Shown piece by piece: positions 13,171 to 25,039 of a stretch of 64,000 nt of DNA. The DNA is taken from assembly GCA_036785375.1 (NCBI GenBank), contig JAWMAR010001626.1, positions 62,001 to 126,000 on the forward strand, in the 5' to 3' direction. Source of the stretch: Leucoraja ocellata. Taxonomy: Eukaryota. A program made the translations under genes and the position numbers. Position 1 is the first letter of the stretch; the number at the start of each line of letters is the position of its first letter. Under the pieces are notes generated by a model. That model was not told the DNA's origin, ran no database searches, and was given only the letters and a program-made list of their open reading frames with translations.

Positions 13171-13564
13171 CAAAGATCCTACAGCGAGCAAGATCGTCCA
13201 CTCGACCAAAAGACATAGTACGGTCATGGGCATATTCATGGGTAATTTAAGGCCCCATTCCGGTAACCGGCTTCCGTTTCCGCACCACAGATCCCATAGG
13301 ATAATAGTGCGGAGATGGAAGCCGGTTACGGAAACATCCTCGTAAAAATAAAAGTTAGTTGGTAAAAATCTTCTTCTCATTTTCAAAATTTTAATGTATT
13401 AACACAAACTGATCCCCCGCAGCGTTGATTACACTGCGAGTCGGGTCGGGTCCGGTTACGGAAATGGATGAAAAAAAGGCCCACGTTCCATTCCGTTGCG
13501 TACTACACGTCAGCCCATTGCATTTAGCAGGAGTGGTCTATCTTGTTCCGCTATAGGATCTTTG
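13171..13564. mobile_element. Non-autonomous hAT-type MITE
   Basis: ~24-bp imperfect TIRs CAAAGATCCTA(C/T)AGCG..., perfect 8-bp TSD GTGTGTAG (13163-13170/13565-13572). Confidence 0.88.
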
Positions 13565-13572
13565 GTGTGTAG

Positions 13573-14840
13573 TCCCTCTCTAACACCACCCGGGCACGGA
13601 CGTGGTTGAGAAATGCAGCCAGAAGGCAAGTAGCAGCAGCTTTAGATATTCGAACAGGGGATGCAGCCTCACACACTCCATATACACGTGGTTCACAGAT
13701 TCTTCCAGCCCACAAACGTGGCAGGCGACTGGTGAGTCTGGTTGGTGAGGCCCCCCCCCCACCGAGCCTTGGCGTTGGCTGCACCAAGCTTCAGTGTGTC
13801 CCTTCAGCACGTACTCCTGCAGTCTGCAGCGGGCCAGTCGGCAACATTCTCCGACAGACATCCCGCTCCGCTGGGTGGTCAACAAAGCTCAGGTAGACCA
13901 AAGGGCGTCTTTCACCGAGTTGATGACCTTCCAGCAGCACTCGATATCAGTCTCTGAATGTGTCCCTGGGAACAGTCCGTGAATCACAGAGTCCTCTGTG
14001 ACGGAGCTGTTCAGTATAAATCGTGACAGGGACCCTTGCAAACCTCTCCAGACTGTCTTTGCAAATCCACACTCTGCAACGAGGTGGGCAACCGTCTCCT
14101 CTCCATAGCAGCCGTCCCAAGGGCAGCGTGCGCTGGTAGTGAGGTTCCGACGGTGCAGGAAGGATCTGACTGGGAGGGCACCCCTCACCGCCAGCCAAGC
14201 CAGGTCTTGGTGCTTGTTGGTGAGTTGTGGCGATGAGGCATTTTGTCAGACAAGCTGGGCAGTCTGCTCTGGGAACCACGCCACAGGATCCATGGAGTCA
14301 TTTCACTGTAGAGCCTGCAGGACGTTCCGTGCTGACCACTGCCCGATGGATTGTGGTCAATGGTGTTGGTCTGGAAGAACCTTTCCACAAATGACAGATG
14401 GTGCACAATGTCCAGCTGACTGGCATATTTCATGGCATCTGCGCCAGGCCCATCCTTCGCAACACCGGGGACAGGTAGAACCTCCGCAGGTAGTGACACT
14501 TGGTGCCCACGTGCCTTGGCTCTACACTCCGCCTGATGCAGCCACACACGAAGGTGGCCATCAGGGTGAGGGCGACGTTGGGCACGCATTTACCCCCTTT
14601 GTCTGCCAACTTGTGTATTGTGGCCCGTCACACCCGGTCCATCCTCGACCCCTGGATGAACTGGAAGACGGCCCGGGTGCTCCCTGTGGCATAGGAGGAA
14701 GGGACAGGCCACACGTGCGCCAAGTACAGCAGCCCCGAGAGCACCTCGCACCTGATGACCAAGTTTTTTCCCGTTATAGAGAGTGAGCGTTGCTTCCACA
14801 GCTCCAGTTTCTTCCCAACCTTGGCTATCACTCCAGCGTA
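13573..14840 (-). mobile_element. Tx1/L1-clade LINE ORF2 3' portion (paralog of 22960-24650)
   Basis: ORFs LELWKQRSLSITGKNLVIR and ALPVRSFLHRRNLTTSARCPWDGC..EETVAHLVAEC (CCHC-like). Confidence 0.8.
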
Positions 14841-14909
14841 AATAAAATACACAGAGAGTTGTGGACGTAGACCCGGTCCCTGTCACACAACCAACCTCGC
14901 CCCTCGCCT

Positions 14910-15982
14910 ATCGCCCCATATCTGAGGAAGGAGGTGCTGGTTCTTGTGAGGGTCCAGAGTATGTTTACAAGAATGATTCCAGGAATTAGTGGGTTAGCGT
15001 CTGATGAGCGATTGACAGCACTGGGCCTGTACTCGCTGGCATTTAGAAGGTTGAGGGGGACCTCATTTAAATGTACAGATTAGTGAAAGGCCTGCATAGA
15101 GTGGATGTGGGAAGGATGTTTCCATTGGTGGGAGAGTCTAGGACTTAGAGATAGCCTCAGAATTAAAGGGCGCTCTTTTAGGAAGGAGGTGAGGAGCAAT
15201 TTCTTTAGTCAGATGTGAAAATTGAATTATTTGCCGCTGAGGGCAAGTCACTGGATATTTTTAATGCAGAGATGGACAAATTCTTGATTAGAAGGGATGT
15301 CAAGTGTTATGGGGAGAAGGCAGGAAAATTAGATTGGGAGGCCGAGATCAGGCATGATTGAATAGGGGAATAGGCTCGATGGGCCGAATGGCCTAATTCT
15401 ACTCCGATAACTTGTGAACTTGCAACTCCATCTACACTTCACGCTGCCTCGGGGAAAACTACCAACATAATCAAGGGCCACTCACACCACAGCCATTCCC
15501 TCTTCTCCCCTCTCCCATCGGGAGGCACGGTGGCACAGCGGTAGAGGTTGTGCCTTACAGCGAATGCTGCACTGAAGACCCAGGTTTGATCCCTTCTCAT
15601 CCCTCAACATATAAAATTATAAAAGTGCTAGACAAGCTAGATGCAGGAATAATGTTCCCAATGTTGGGCGAGTCCAGAACCAGGGGCCACAGTCTTAGAA
15701 TAAAGGGGAAGCCATTTAAGACTGAGGTGAGAAAAAACGTTTTCACCCAGAGAGTTGTGAATTTGTGTAATTCCCTGCCACAGAGGGATGTGGAGGCCAA
15801 GTCACTGGGCGGATTTAAGAGAGAGTTAGATAGAGCTCTCGGGGCAAATGGTATCAAGGGATATGGGGAGAAGGCAGGCACGGGTTATTGATTGGGGACG
15901 ATCAGCCATAACCACAATGAATGGCGGTGCTGGCTCGAAGGGCCGAATGGCCTCCTCCTGCACCCAATTTCTATGTTTCTAT
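14910..15982 (+). mobile_element. Cluster of CR1 3' fragments plus a SINE head (paralog 18325-19295)
   Basis: CR1 ORF2 C-terminal peptides and conserved 3' UTRs. Confidence 0.75.
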
Positions 15983-17135
15983 GATCCCGACTACGGAGCT
16001 TGTATGTCCTCCCCGTGACCTGCATGGGTTTTCTCCGAGATCTTCGGTTTCCTCCCACACTCCAAAGACGTACAGGTATGTAGGTAAATTGACTTGGTGT
16101 AAATGTTTTTAAAAATTGTCCCTAGTGTGTGTAGGATAGTGTTAGTGTGCGGGGATCGCTGGTCGGCGCTGATCTGGTGGGCCGAAGGGCCTGCTTCCGC
16201 ACTGTATCTCTAAACTAAACTAAATAGAAAAGCTTGAAAGAGCGTACCCCCAGATTCAGGAAAGGATTCATCCCCTTAGTTATCAGATTACTGGAGTGCA
16301 GGAGGATGAGGGGGTGGGGGAATAATGAGAATAGATTGGGTAGACACGCTGAATCTCTTGGCCAGCGTAGGGGCACCAGAGGATATAGGTGAAAAGATTT
16401 AATAGTAGTCTGAGGGGTAACTCTTTCACACAAAGGGTGGTGGGTGTACGCAACGAGCTGCCGGAGGAGGTACTTGAGGCAGGGACTGTCCCTACGTTTA
16501 AGAAACAGTTAGACAGGAACATGGATAGGACACATTTGAAGGGATATGAACCAAACGCAGGCAGGTGGGACTAGTGCAGATGGTACATGTTGGCCGGTGT
16601 GGGCAAGTTGGGCCAAAGGGCCTGTTTCTACACCGTATCAGTCTATGTTCCTTTCATAAGTTAGAAATGAATTTCCCAACCTTCCAATCTACCTCATTGT
16701 AGTCCCTTTTGTTTTAGAGCCACACAGCGTGGAAACAGGCCCTTCGGCCCAACTAGCCCACACCGACCAACGTGTCCCAGTTACACCAGTCCCACCTGCC
16801 TGTGTTTGGCCCAAAAACCCCCCAAACCTGTCCTATCCATGTACCTGCCCAATGTCTTTTAAATGTTATAGTTGCTGCCTCAATCACCTCCACCTGCAGC
16901 TTGTTCCATACACCCACCACCCTCTGAATGAAAACCTTTCCCAAAAGTTCCTATTAAATCTTTCCCCCCTCACATTATACCTATGTCCTCAGGTTCTTCA
17001 TTCCCCAAATTTCGAGTTGAGGCCCTTCTGTAACAGCACCTATTCTTCCAGAGATGCTGCCTGTCCCGCTGAGTTACTCCAACACTCTGTGTCTCCAATG
17101 TCTGTGTCGGGGCCTGGGTTGGTCTCTGTGACGGG

Positions 17136-17323
17136 ACAACTGCAGATGCTGGAAAAATCACAGATAAACAAAAATGCTGGAGAAACTCAGCGGGTGAGGC
17201 AGCGTCTATGGAACGAAAGAATATGTGACGTCGCCTACTCCTCTGTTCCACAGACGCTGCATCACCCGCTGAGTTTCTCCAGCATTTTTGTTTACCTTCG
17301 ATTTTTCCAGCATCTGCAGTTGT
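17136..17323. repeat. ~188-bp hairpin built from two inverted Penelope-associated repeat ends, at the palindrome apex
   Basis: ACAACTGCAGATGCTGGAAAAATC...CAGCGTCTATGGAAC is near-perfectly complementary to GTTCCACAGACGCTG...GATTTTTCCAGCATCTGCAGTTGT; ~30-nt loop. Confidence 0.85.
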
Positions 17324-17460
17324 TTCTGAAACATCAGACAGCGGTTGATCAGGTCCAGGAACGTGGAGCAGAGCCGGCGGTCACAGTTCATACAAGCGCA
17401 GCCCCTGTGAGCCAACGTGGCGAGGAGGAGAAACACAGCAGCCAGATTATTCTGGGACAT
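17323..17460 (-). pseudogene. Truncated first coding exon of a secreted protein, IZUMO-family-like
   Basis: gtcaagATG (A at -3); MSQNNLAAVFLLLATLAHRGCA-CMNCDRRLCSTFLDLINRCL is a signal peptide followed by CxxCD, as at the start of Izumo domains; runs into a repeat with no donor site. Confidence 0.4.
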
Positions 17461-20400
17461 CTTGACCTCGGCGCTGGATGAAAAACCTTCTCGCCTTGTG
17501 GGCGGCATCGTCCGGGAACCTCCCCGACGCTCAACAAATGTCTCCAGGATGTCCCGACACAGAGACCAACCCAGACCCCGACACAGGCATTGGACACACA
17601 GAGTGCTGGAGTAACTCAGCGGGACAGGCAGCATCTCTGGAGCACACGGATAGGGAGAGGGATGAGGGAGGGAGAGAGGAGGATGGGAGAGGGGGAAGGA
17701 AATGAGAGAGGGGAGAGGGAAGGGAGGGGGAGGAAGGAAGGAATGAAGGAGGGAGGGGCCGAGGAAAGGAGGGGAGGGGCGAGTCGGGGGGGAGGGGGTG
17801 AGAGGGAGGGAGGGGGAAGGGGAAGGAGGATGGGAGAGTGGGGGGCGAAGGGAGGGGCGATGGAGGAGGGGGAGCATCGGGTTATTAAACAGACAATTGT
17901 ACCTGGGAATAGTCAGGATGTGTTGGAGAGAGTGGACGTGTTTGGCTTTAGTGAGGAAACAGCTAATTGTGTTCAGATAAGCTCACGGCTCCCGTCTTTA
18001 TCAGCATTGTCTCTCTCTCTCTCTCTCATCCTCCCTTCCATTAGCCTAAACAGAGACTATGGTTTTCAAGAAGGAACTGCAGATGCTGGAAGATCGAAGG
18101 TACACAAAATTGCTGGAGAAACTCAGCGGGTGCAGCAGCATCTATGGAGCGAAGGAAATAGGCGACGTTTCGGGCCGAAACCCTTCTGGAGAACACGGAT
18201 AGGGAGAGGGATGAGGGTGGGAGGGAGGGGAGAGGGACCGGGGAAAGGAGGGGAGGTGAGAGGATGGGAGGGAGAGGATGAGGGGGAGGGAAGCAGGGAG
18301 AGAAACAAGGAGGGAAAGAGGGAGAAACATAGAAAATAGACGTAGGAGGAGGCCATTCGGCCCTTTGAGCCAGCATCGCCATTCATTGTGATCATGGCTG
18401 ATCGTCCCCAATCAATAACCCGTGCCTGCCTTCTCCCTACATCACTTGATTCCACTAGCCCCTAGAGCTCTATCTAACTCTCTCTTAAATCCATCAAGTG
18501 ACTTGGCCTCCACTGCCTTCTGCTTCTGGACTCGCCCAACATTGGAAACATTATTCCTGCATCTAGCTTGTCCAGTCCTTTTATAATTTTATATGTTGAG
18601 GGATGAGAAGGGATCGAACCTGGGTCTTCAGTGCAGCATTCGCTGTAAGGCAGCAGCTCTACCGCTGTGCCACCGTGCCTCCCGATGGGAGAGGGGAGAA
18701 GAGGGAATGGCTGCGGTGTGAACAGCCCTTGATTATGTTGGTAGTTTTCCCGAGGCAGCGTGAAGTGTAGATGGAGTTGCAAGTTCACAAGTTATCGGAG
18801 TAGAATTAGGCCATTCGGCCCATCGAGCCTATTCCCCCATTCAATCATGCCTGATCTCAGCCTCCCAATCCCATTTTCCTGCCTTCTCCCCATAACCCTT
18901 GACATCCGTTCTAATCAGGAATTTGTCTATCTCTGCCTTAAAAATATCCATTGACTTGCCCTCTGTGGCAAATAATTCAATTTTCACCGCAAATGACTAA
19001 AGAAATTGCTCCTTACCTCCTTTCTAAAAGAGCGCCCTTTAATTCTGAGGCTATCTCTGGTCCTAGACTCTCCCACCAATGGAAAAATCCTTCCCACATC
19101 CACTCTATGCAGGCCTTTCACTATTCTGTACATTTAAATGAGGACCCCCCTCAACCTTCTAAACACCAGCGAGTACAGGCCCAGTGCCGTCAATCGCTCA
19201 TCAGACGCTAACCCACTAAGTCCTGGAATCATTCTTGTAAATCTACTCTGGACCTTCTCAAGAACCAGCACCTCCTTCCTCAGATATGGGGCGATAGGCG
19301 AGGGGCGAGGTTGGTTTGTGTGACAGGGACCGGGCTACGTCCACAACTCTCCGTGTATTTTTTTACGGTCTTGGGCTGAGCTGTTCCCAAACCAAGCTGT
19401 GATGCATCCCGATAGGAAGTATACAGTAGTTCAGTAGAGTCATTGGGAAAATACCAAATGTTTACGAGGATGTTGCCTGGACTCGAGGGTCTGAGCTACG
19501 GGGAAAGGTTAAGTAGTCTGGGACTCTATTCCTTGGAGCGCAGGAGGATGAGGGCTGATCTTATAGAGGTGTACAAAATTGAGAGGAATAGATCTGGTAA
19601 ACGCACAGAATCTCTTGCCCAGAGTAGGGGAATCGAGGGCCAGGGGACATAGTTTTGGTCTCCTAACTTGCAGTTTGATCTCCTAATTTGAGGGACATTC
19701 TTGCTATTGAGGGAGTGCAGTGTAGGCAGAAACCTCCCCTCGGAGGAGGAGGAGGCGACATCGTGGACCCGGCGACGGAGGCAGAGGAAGAAAACGGGAG
19801 AGGAGAACGGAAAGGGAAAGGACTCGCTTGTTGTCCTGCAGGACCGGGAACAGTGCAGCGGCCAATGGGCCCCAGCTCCGGGAGACCGGGAACAGTGCAG
19901 CGGCCAATGGGCTCCAGCTCCGGGAGACCGGGAACACTGAATCAGTCACCGTACGCCAGCTACAGGAGGCGGAGGGGGCGCTGCGCCCAGAAGTGGGTGG
20001 AACAAGGAGGGTCCCTCCAACAACTTCAGCTACGCCAGAGGAGACCCCCCTCCTTGAGGATGCCAGCACCCAGTACCTGAGCCCAGAAACGGCCCTGCAA
20101 TTCACCAAAGCGGTGGGCATGAGAGGACAAGATCATGGTCAGTGACAATTTAAGGGCAATGGAGCTAAAACTGGCCTCGCTAAACGTGCGCAGTGTGAAG
20201 AACACTGTGCGATGTGTAAACGCCTCACAGTATCTGGGCCACACGGACTGTCGGTACGGTCGGGGGAGGCAATGATTTCCGCGCTTCCGGTCCGGGGATC
20301 TTGCTGCGGGGAGGGAGATTCACCATCACTGAGGTCATGGAGGTGGTTGGAGGGGGGGGGGGGGGGGGGGGCTTCTCCTGGTGGTGGATGTAATGTACCG

Positions 20401-20624
20401 TGGCTCTCCGCTCCAGCTGACTAATGTGTATCGGAAGGCAGGCAGAGGGACGTGGAAGTTAAATGTGAAGCTGTTAACCCCAGAGTACATTGAGGAGCTA
20501 AAGAGGGACTATGCATGTTGGAGAACGGTGAGGCCCCTCTTTGACTCCCCGACACTCTGGTGGGAAGCAAACCAGGAAAACATCAAGAGGTTCTTCATAT
20601 TTAAAGGGGTTCAGAGAGCAAGAC

Positions 20625-21575
20625 TGTGCTGAGTCCCATCTTATACACAAGATACACCTATGACTGCACACCAACACACAGCACAAACCGTGTCATCAAG
20701 TTTGCGGATGACACGACTGTGGTGGGGCTGATAAATAACAACGACGAGTCTGCCTACAGAGATGAAGTCCAAAAACTGACTGTCTGGTGCACTAAAAATA
20801 ACCTGGTACTCAACCCAACCAAAACAAAAGAACTGGTTGTTGACTTCAGGAGGAGGAGAGTGGAACCTGCTCCTCTCTACATCAAAGGAGACATGGTGGA
20901 GAGAGTCACTGACTTTAAGTTTCTGGGAATATACATCTCCCAGGACCTCAAATGGCAAATGAACACCGTCACTCTGGTGAAGAAGTCACAGCAGCGGCTG
21001 TATTTCCTGAGGTCTCTGCGGAGAGCAAACGTTTCACAGCCGCTGCTGCTGTCCTTCTACCGGTGGGCAGTGGAAAGTATCCTCTCCTATGGCATCCTGG
21101 TGTGGTTTGCTAGCTGCACTGTGGCTGAGAGGAGGGCGCTGCAGAGAGTTATAAAAACTGCACAGAGCATCACAAACGCTCAACTACCCTCCCTGGATGA
21201 CATATACACGGCCCGATGCTTGCGCCAGGCCACAAACATCAAACAGGGCACATCACACCCTGCCAATCACCTTTTCACTCTGCTACCCTCTCTGAGGCGA
21301 TACAGGTCTCTGTAGACTAAAAAATAGTTTCTACCCATGTGTGATAAAAGAACTTAACTCTAACAGAGAACACTGGGGAAGCACAATATAATTCGTGGTG
21401 CAAGATAATGCGAAATATTTTTTAAAATCTATTTAATACATATTTATTATTTATTTACTGGTTTGTGTATATGTGAGTCAATGGCTGTTGTGTTTTGTTC
21501 TTTTTAAACCGAAGGAGATGCAATGGATTTTGTTGCACAGTATTGAGTAATGACAATAAATGTATTCTATATTCT
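20625..21575 (+). mobile_element. Rex1/Babar-like LINE 3' part nested in the Tx1 element
   Basis: 229-aa ORF LSPILY...KFADDTTVVGLI...LNPTKTKELVVDFRR...QQRLYFLRSL; AATAAA and (ATTCT)n tail. Confidence 0.85.
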
Positions 21576-23040
21576 AGACAGAGGGAATTGTGTCAACTCC
21601 AGACAGATTTGTAGCAACTGCTCCTTCTGCAGTCGAGAGGGGGGTGTGAGGGAGGAACTTAGAGAGTTGAAGGGCCGGCAAACTTGTCTCTTTAGCTGCG
21701 AATCCCCCAAGATCATCTTCTGATCCATGGTCCGTCACGTGGAGCAGGATGAGACGTGCTCACGTTTCTTCTTCCGTAAGGTTCACAGGGGGAGCTCTGT
21801 GATCAACAGCCTTAGGGAGAAGGACGGCTCGGTAACATCCTCACAGACGGACATGCTGATGATCTGCACATCCTTTTACACGGATTTGTGCGACAGAAAG
21901 GCCACAGACAGCACCGCCTCCCAGAACTTCCTGTCCTCCATCACGGAGGTCTTGGAGGACAGTAAGCGGGAGAGTCTGGAACAACCACTGACCATAGAGG
22001 AGCTGACTGGATCCATCCGTTCCATTGACTCGAATAAAACTCCCGGAAGCGATGGCTTACCGGCCGAGTTGTATTGGACTCTGTGGGACTGGGTGGGCCC
22101 GGACCTGCTGGAAGTGTACAACCACATGCTTCTAGCCGGCAGCATGTCAGACTCTATGAGGAAGGGCAGCATCACCCTAATCTACAGCAGAAGGAGGAGA
22201 TGAATGATATAAGGAATTGGAGACCCATCACATTATTGAATGTTGATTACAAGATCCTGTCTAAGGCCATCGCCAACGGGTCAAGACTGCCCTGGGATGG
22301 GTGATCCACCCGGACCAAACCTGTGCTGTACCTGGCAGGAAAATCTCAGAGAGCCTGGCGCTGCTGAGAGATACCATCGCCTACATGCAGGACAGACAGG
22401 TGGATGCCTGCCTAGTCAGCTTGGACCAGGAGAAGGCCTTCGACAGGACATCGCACATGCACATGAGGGACGTGCTCTCCAAAATGGGCTTTGGGAAGAG
22501 AATCAGGAATTGGATCTAACTGCTCTACACCGATATCTGTAGTGCAGTCCAAATCAATGGGTGGGAATCAGACTGTTTCCCCGTCAGGCCTGGAGTCAGG
22601 CAGGGTTGCCCTCTCTCCCCTGTCTTGTTCGTCTGTTGTATTGAACCTTATGTCGAGTTCATCAGGAAGGATGCGAGCATAAGAGGAGTGACATTGCCAG
22701 GCAGTGGGGGCACTCGGGTCAAAACCTCCCTGTACATGGACGATGTCGCCATCTTCTGCTCGGATCCAGGGTCGGTCCGCAGATTGATCAGCATCTGCGA
22801 CCAGTTTGAGTCGGCCACGGGAGCCAGGGTGAACCGCAGGGAGAGCGAGGCCTTGCTCTTTGGCAACTGGCCCGACCGATCTTCCGTCCCCTTCACCATC
22901 AAGCCTGAAGGTGCTGGGGATCTGGTTCGAGGGGGCTGAGGCATGTGACAAGATTATGCTGGAGTGATAGCCAAGGTTGGGAAGAAACTGGAGCTGTGGA
23001 AGCAACGCGCACTCTCTATAACGGGAAAGAACTTGGTCAT

Positions 23041-23612
23041 CAGAATTTATGGAGATTTATGCAGGAAACAAAATAATGTGTTATAGTGGCATTTTGAGAT
23101 AAACATTTGTCACAAATGGGAGAAGTATTTGGATGAAATGTATTTAGTCTAGTTTTTGAATAATATAATCTATGTAAAATTTTGAATTGAATTAAGTTAT
23201 GTCTTACATTCATCGAAAATTCATGTGTATATATATCAAATACTGTTTTTTTCGTGATTTTTATCAATAATTCTCGTTCTCAATCTTCTCTCTGTCGATG
23301 GTAGTTCTATACTTAAAATACAATTATATAAATATGATATTAATTTCTGTGAGTCAGCCTTAATATTCATTGCTTCTTCCAGTGGGTCTAAAATTATAGT
23401 TTGATGTCTTTGTATATATTTCTTCATGAAATCGCAGATCTGAAGATATTTAAAATATTGGCTATATTTCAACAAATTTTAATTGCAATTGTTGGAATGA
23501 TAACAGAGTTCCCATTTCATACATATCGCCGATCCTTTTAATTCCCATTCTTTCCCATTGGTTATGTTTTATTGGTAAGAGATGGTTTAAATGAAGGATT
23601 ATTCACTATTGC
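23041..23612 (-). mobile_element. Internal L1 ORF2 fragment replacing ~400 bp of the Tx1 element in the right arm
   Basis: LEEAMNIKADSQKLISYLYN...NVRHNLIQFKILHRLYYSKTRL, same family as 8322-10953; no poly-A or TSD. Confidence 0.8.
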
Positions 23613-24651
23613 CATTGACCACAAGTCCATCGGGCAGTGGTCAGCACGGAACGACCTGCAGGCACTGCAGCGAAATGACTCCATGGATCTTGTGGCGTGG
23701 TTCCCAGAGCAGACTTCCCAGCTTGTCTGGTGAAATGCTTCATCGCCAGTACTCACCAACAAGCACCAAGACCTGGCTTGGCTGGCGGTGAGGGGACCCC
23801 TCCCAGTCAGATCCTTCCTGCACCGTCGGAACCTCACTACCAGCGCACGCTGCCCTTGGGACGGCTGCTATGGAGAGGAGACGGTTGCCCACCTCGTTGC
23901 AGAGTGTGGATTTGCAAAGAGAGTCTGGAGAGGTTTGCAAGGGTCCCTGTCACGATTTATTCTGAACAGCTCTGTCACAGAGGACTCTGTGATTTACGGA
24001 CTGTTCCCAGGGACACATTCAGAGACTGACATCGAGTGCTGCTGGAAGGTCATCAACTCGGTGAAAGACGCCCTTTGGTCGGCCTGAGCTTTGTTGACCA
24101 CCCAGCGGAGCGGGATGTCTGTCGGAGAATGTTGCCGACTGGCCCGCTGCAGACTGCAGGAGTACGTGCTGAAGGGACACACTGAAGCTTGGTGTAGCCA
24201 ACACCAAGGCTCGGTTGGGGGGGTCCCTCTACGCAGGGATTCTCCCCCTCTACATCGGGGACCTGGGGTGCAGGGTATTGCACCGGAGTCCCCTGCAACC
24301 TGTTTCTCTCGCGGTTCACAGACTCACCAGCCGCCTGCCGCTTTTGTGGGCTGGAAGAATCTGTGAGCCACGTGTGTGTGTGTGAGGCTGCATCCCCTGT
24401 TCCAATATCTAAAGCCGCTGCTACTTGCCTTCGGGCTGCATTTCTCACCCACCATCCTCATCTTTGGACAACCTGTGCAGGGGGAGAGGGTAGAGCTGAA
24501 GATGTCATGGTTGGGTTGCTCCTGGGCCTGGCCAAGCTGGCCATCCTCGAGTCACTGGGTCAGGCAGAAGAGGGCTCTGCCCGAGCCAGATGCCTGCCCC
24601 TTTTCCAGGGTTACGTCCGTGCCCCGGTGGTGTTAGAGAGGGACTACGCAC

Positions 24652-25039
24652 CAAAGATCCTATAGCGGAACAAGATAGACCACTCCTGCTAAATGGAATG
24701 GGCTGACGTGTAGTAGGAACGGAACGTGGGCCTTTTTTTCATCCATTTCCGTAACCGGACCCGGCCGGACTCGCAGTGTAATCAACGCTGCGGGGGATCA
24801 GTTTGTGTTAATACATTAAAATTCTGAAAATGAGAAGAAGATTTTTACCAACTAACTTTTATTTTTACGAGGATGTTTCCATAACCGGCTTCCGTCTCAG
24901 CACTTTATCCTATGGGATCTGTGGTGCGGAGACGGAAGCCGGTTACGGGAATGGGGCCTTAAATTACCCATGAATATGCCCATGACCATACTATGTCTTT
25001 TTGGTCGAGTGGACGATCTTGCTCGCTATAGGATCTTTG
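24652..25039. mobile_element. hAT-type MITE, duplicated copy of 13171-13564
   Basis: Same TIRs; degenerate 8-bp TSD CTACGCAC/CTACACAT. Confidence 0.85.

Larger units (their letters stand above)
19690..24651 (+). mobile_element. Degenerate Tx1/L1-clade LINE (ORF1 remnant and ORF2) with nested insertions
   Basis: ORF2 start MELKLASLNVRSVKN at ~20159; KTPGSDGLPAELY, WRPITLLNVDYKIL, SLDQEKAFD, YMDD, C-terminal CCHC; frameshifts and stops. Confidence 0.85.
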
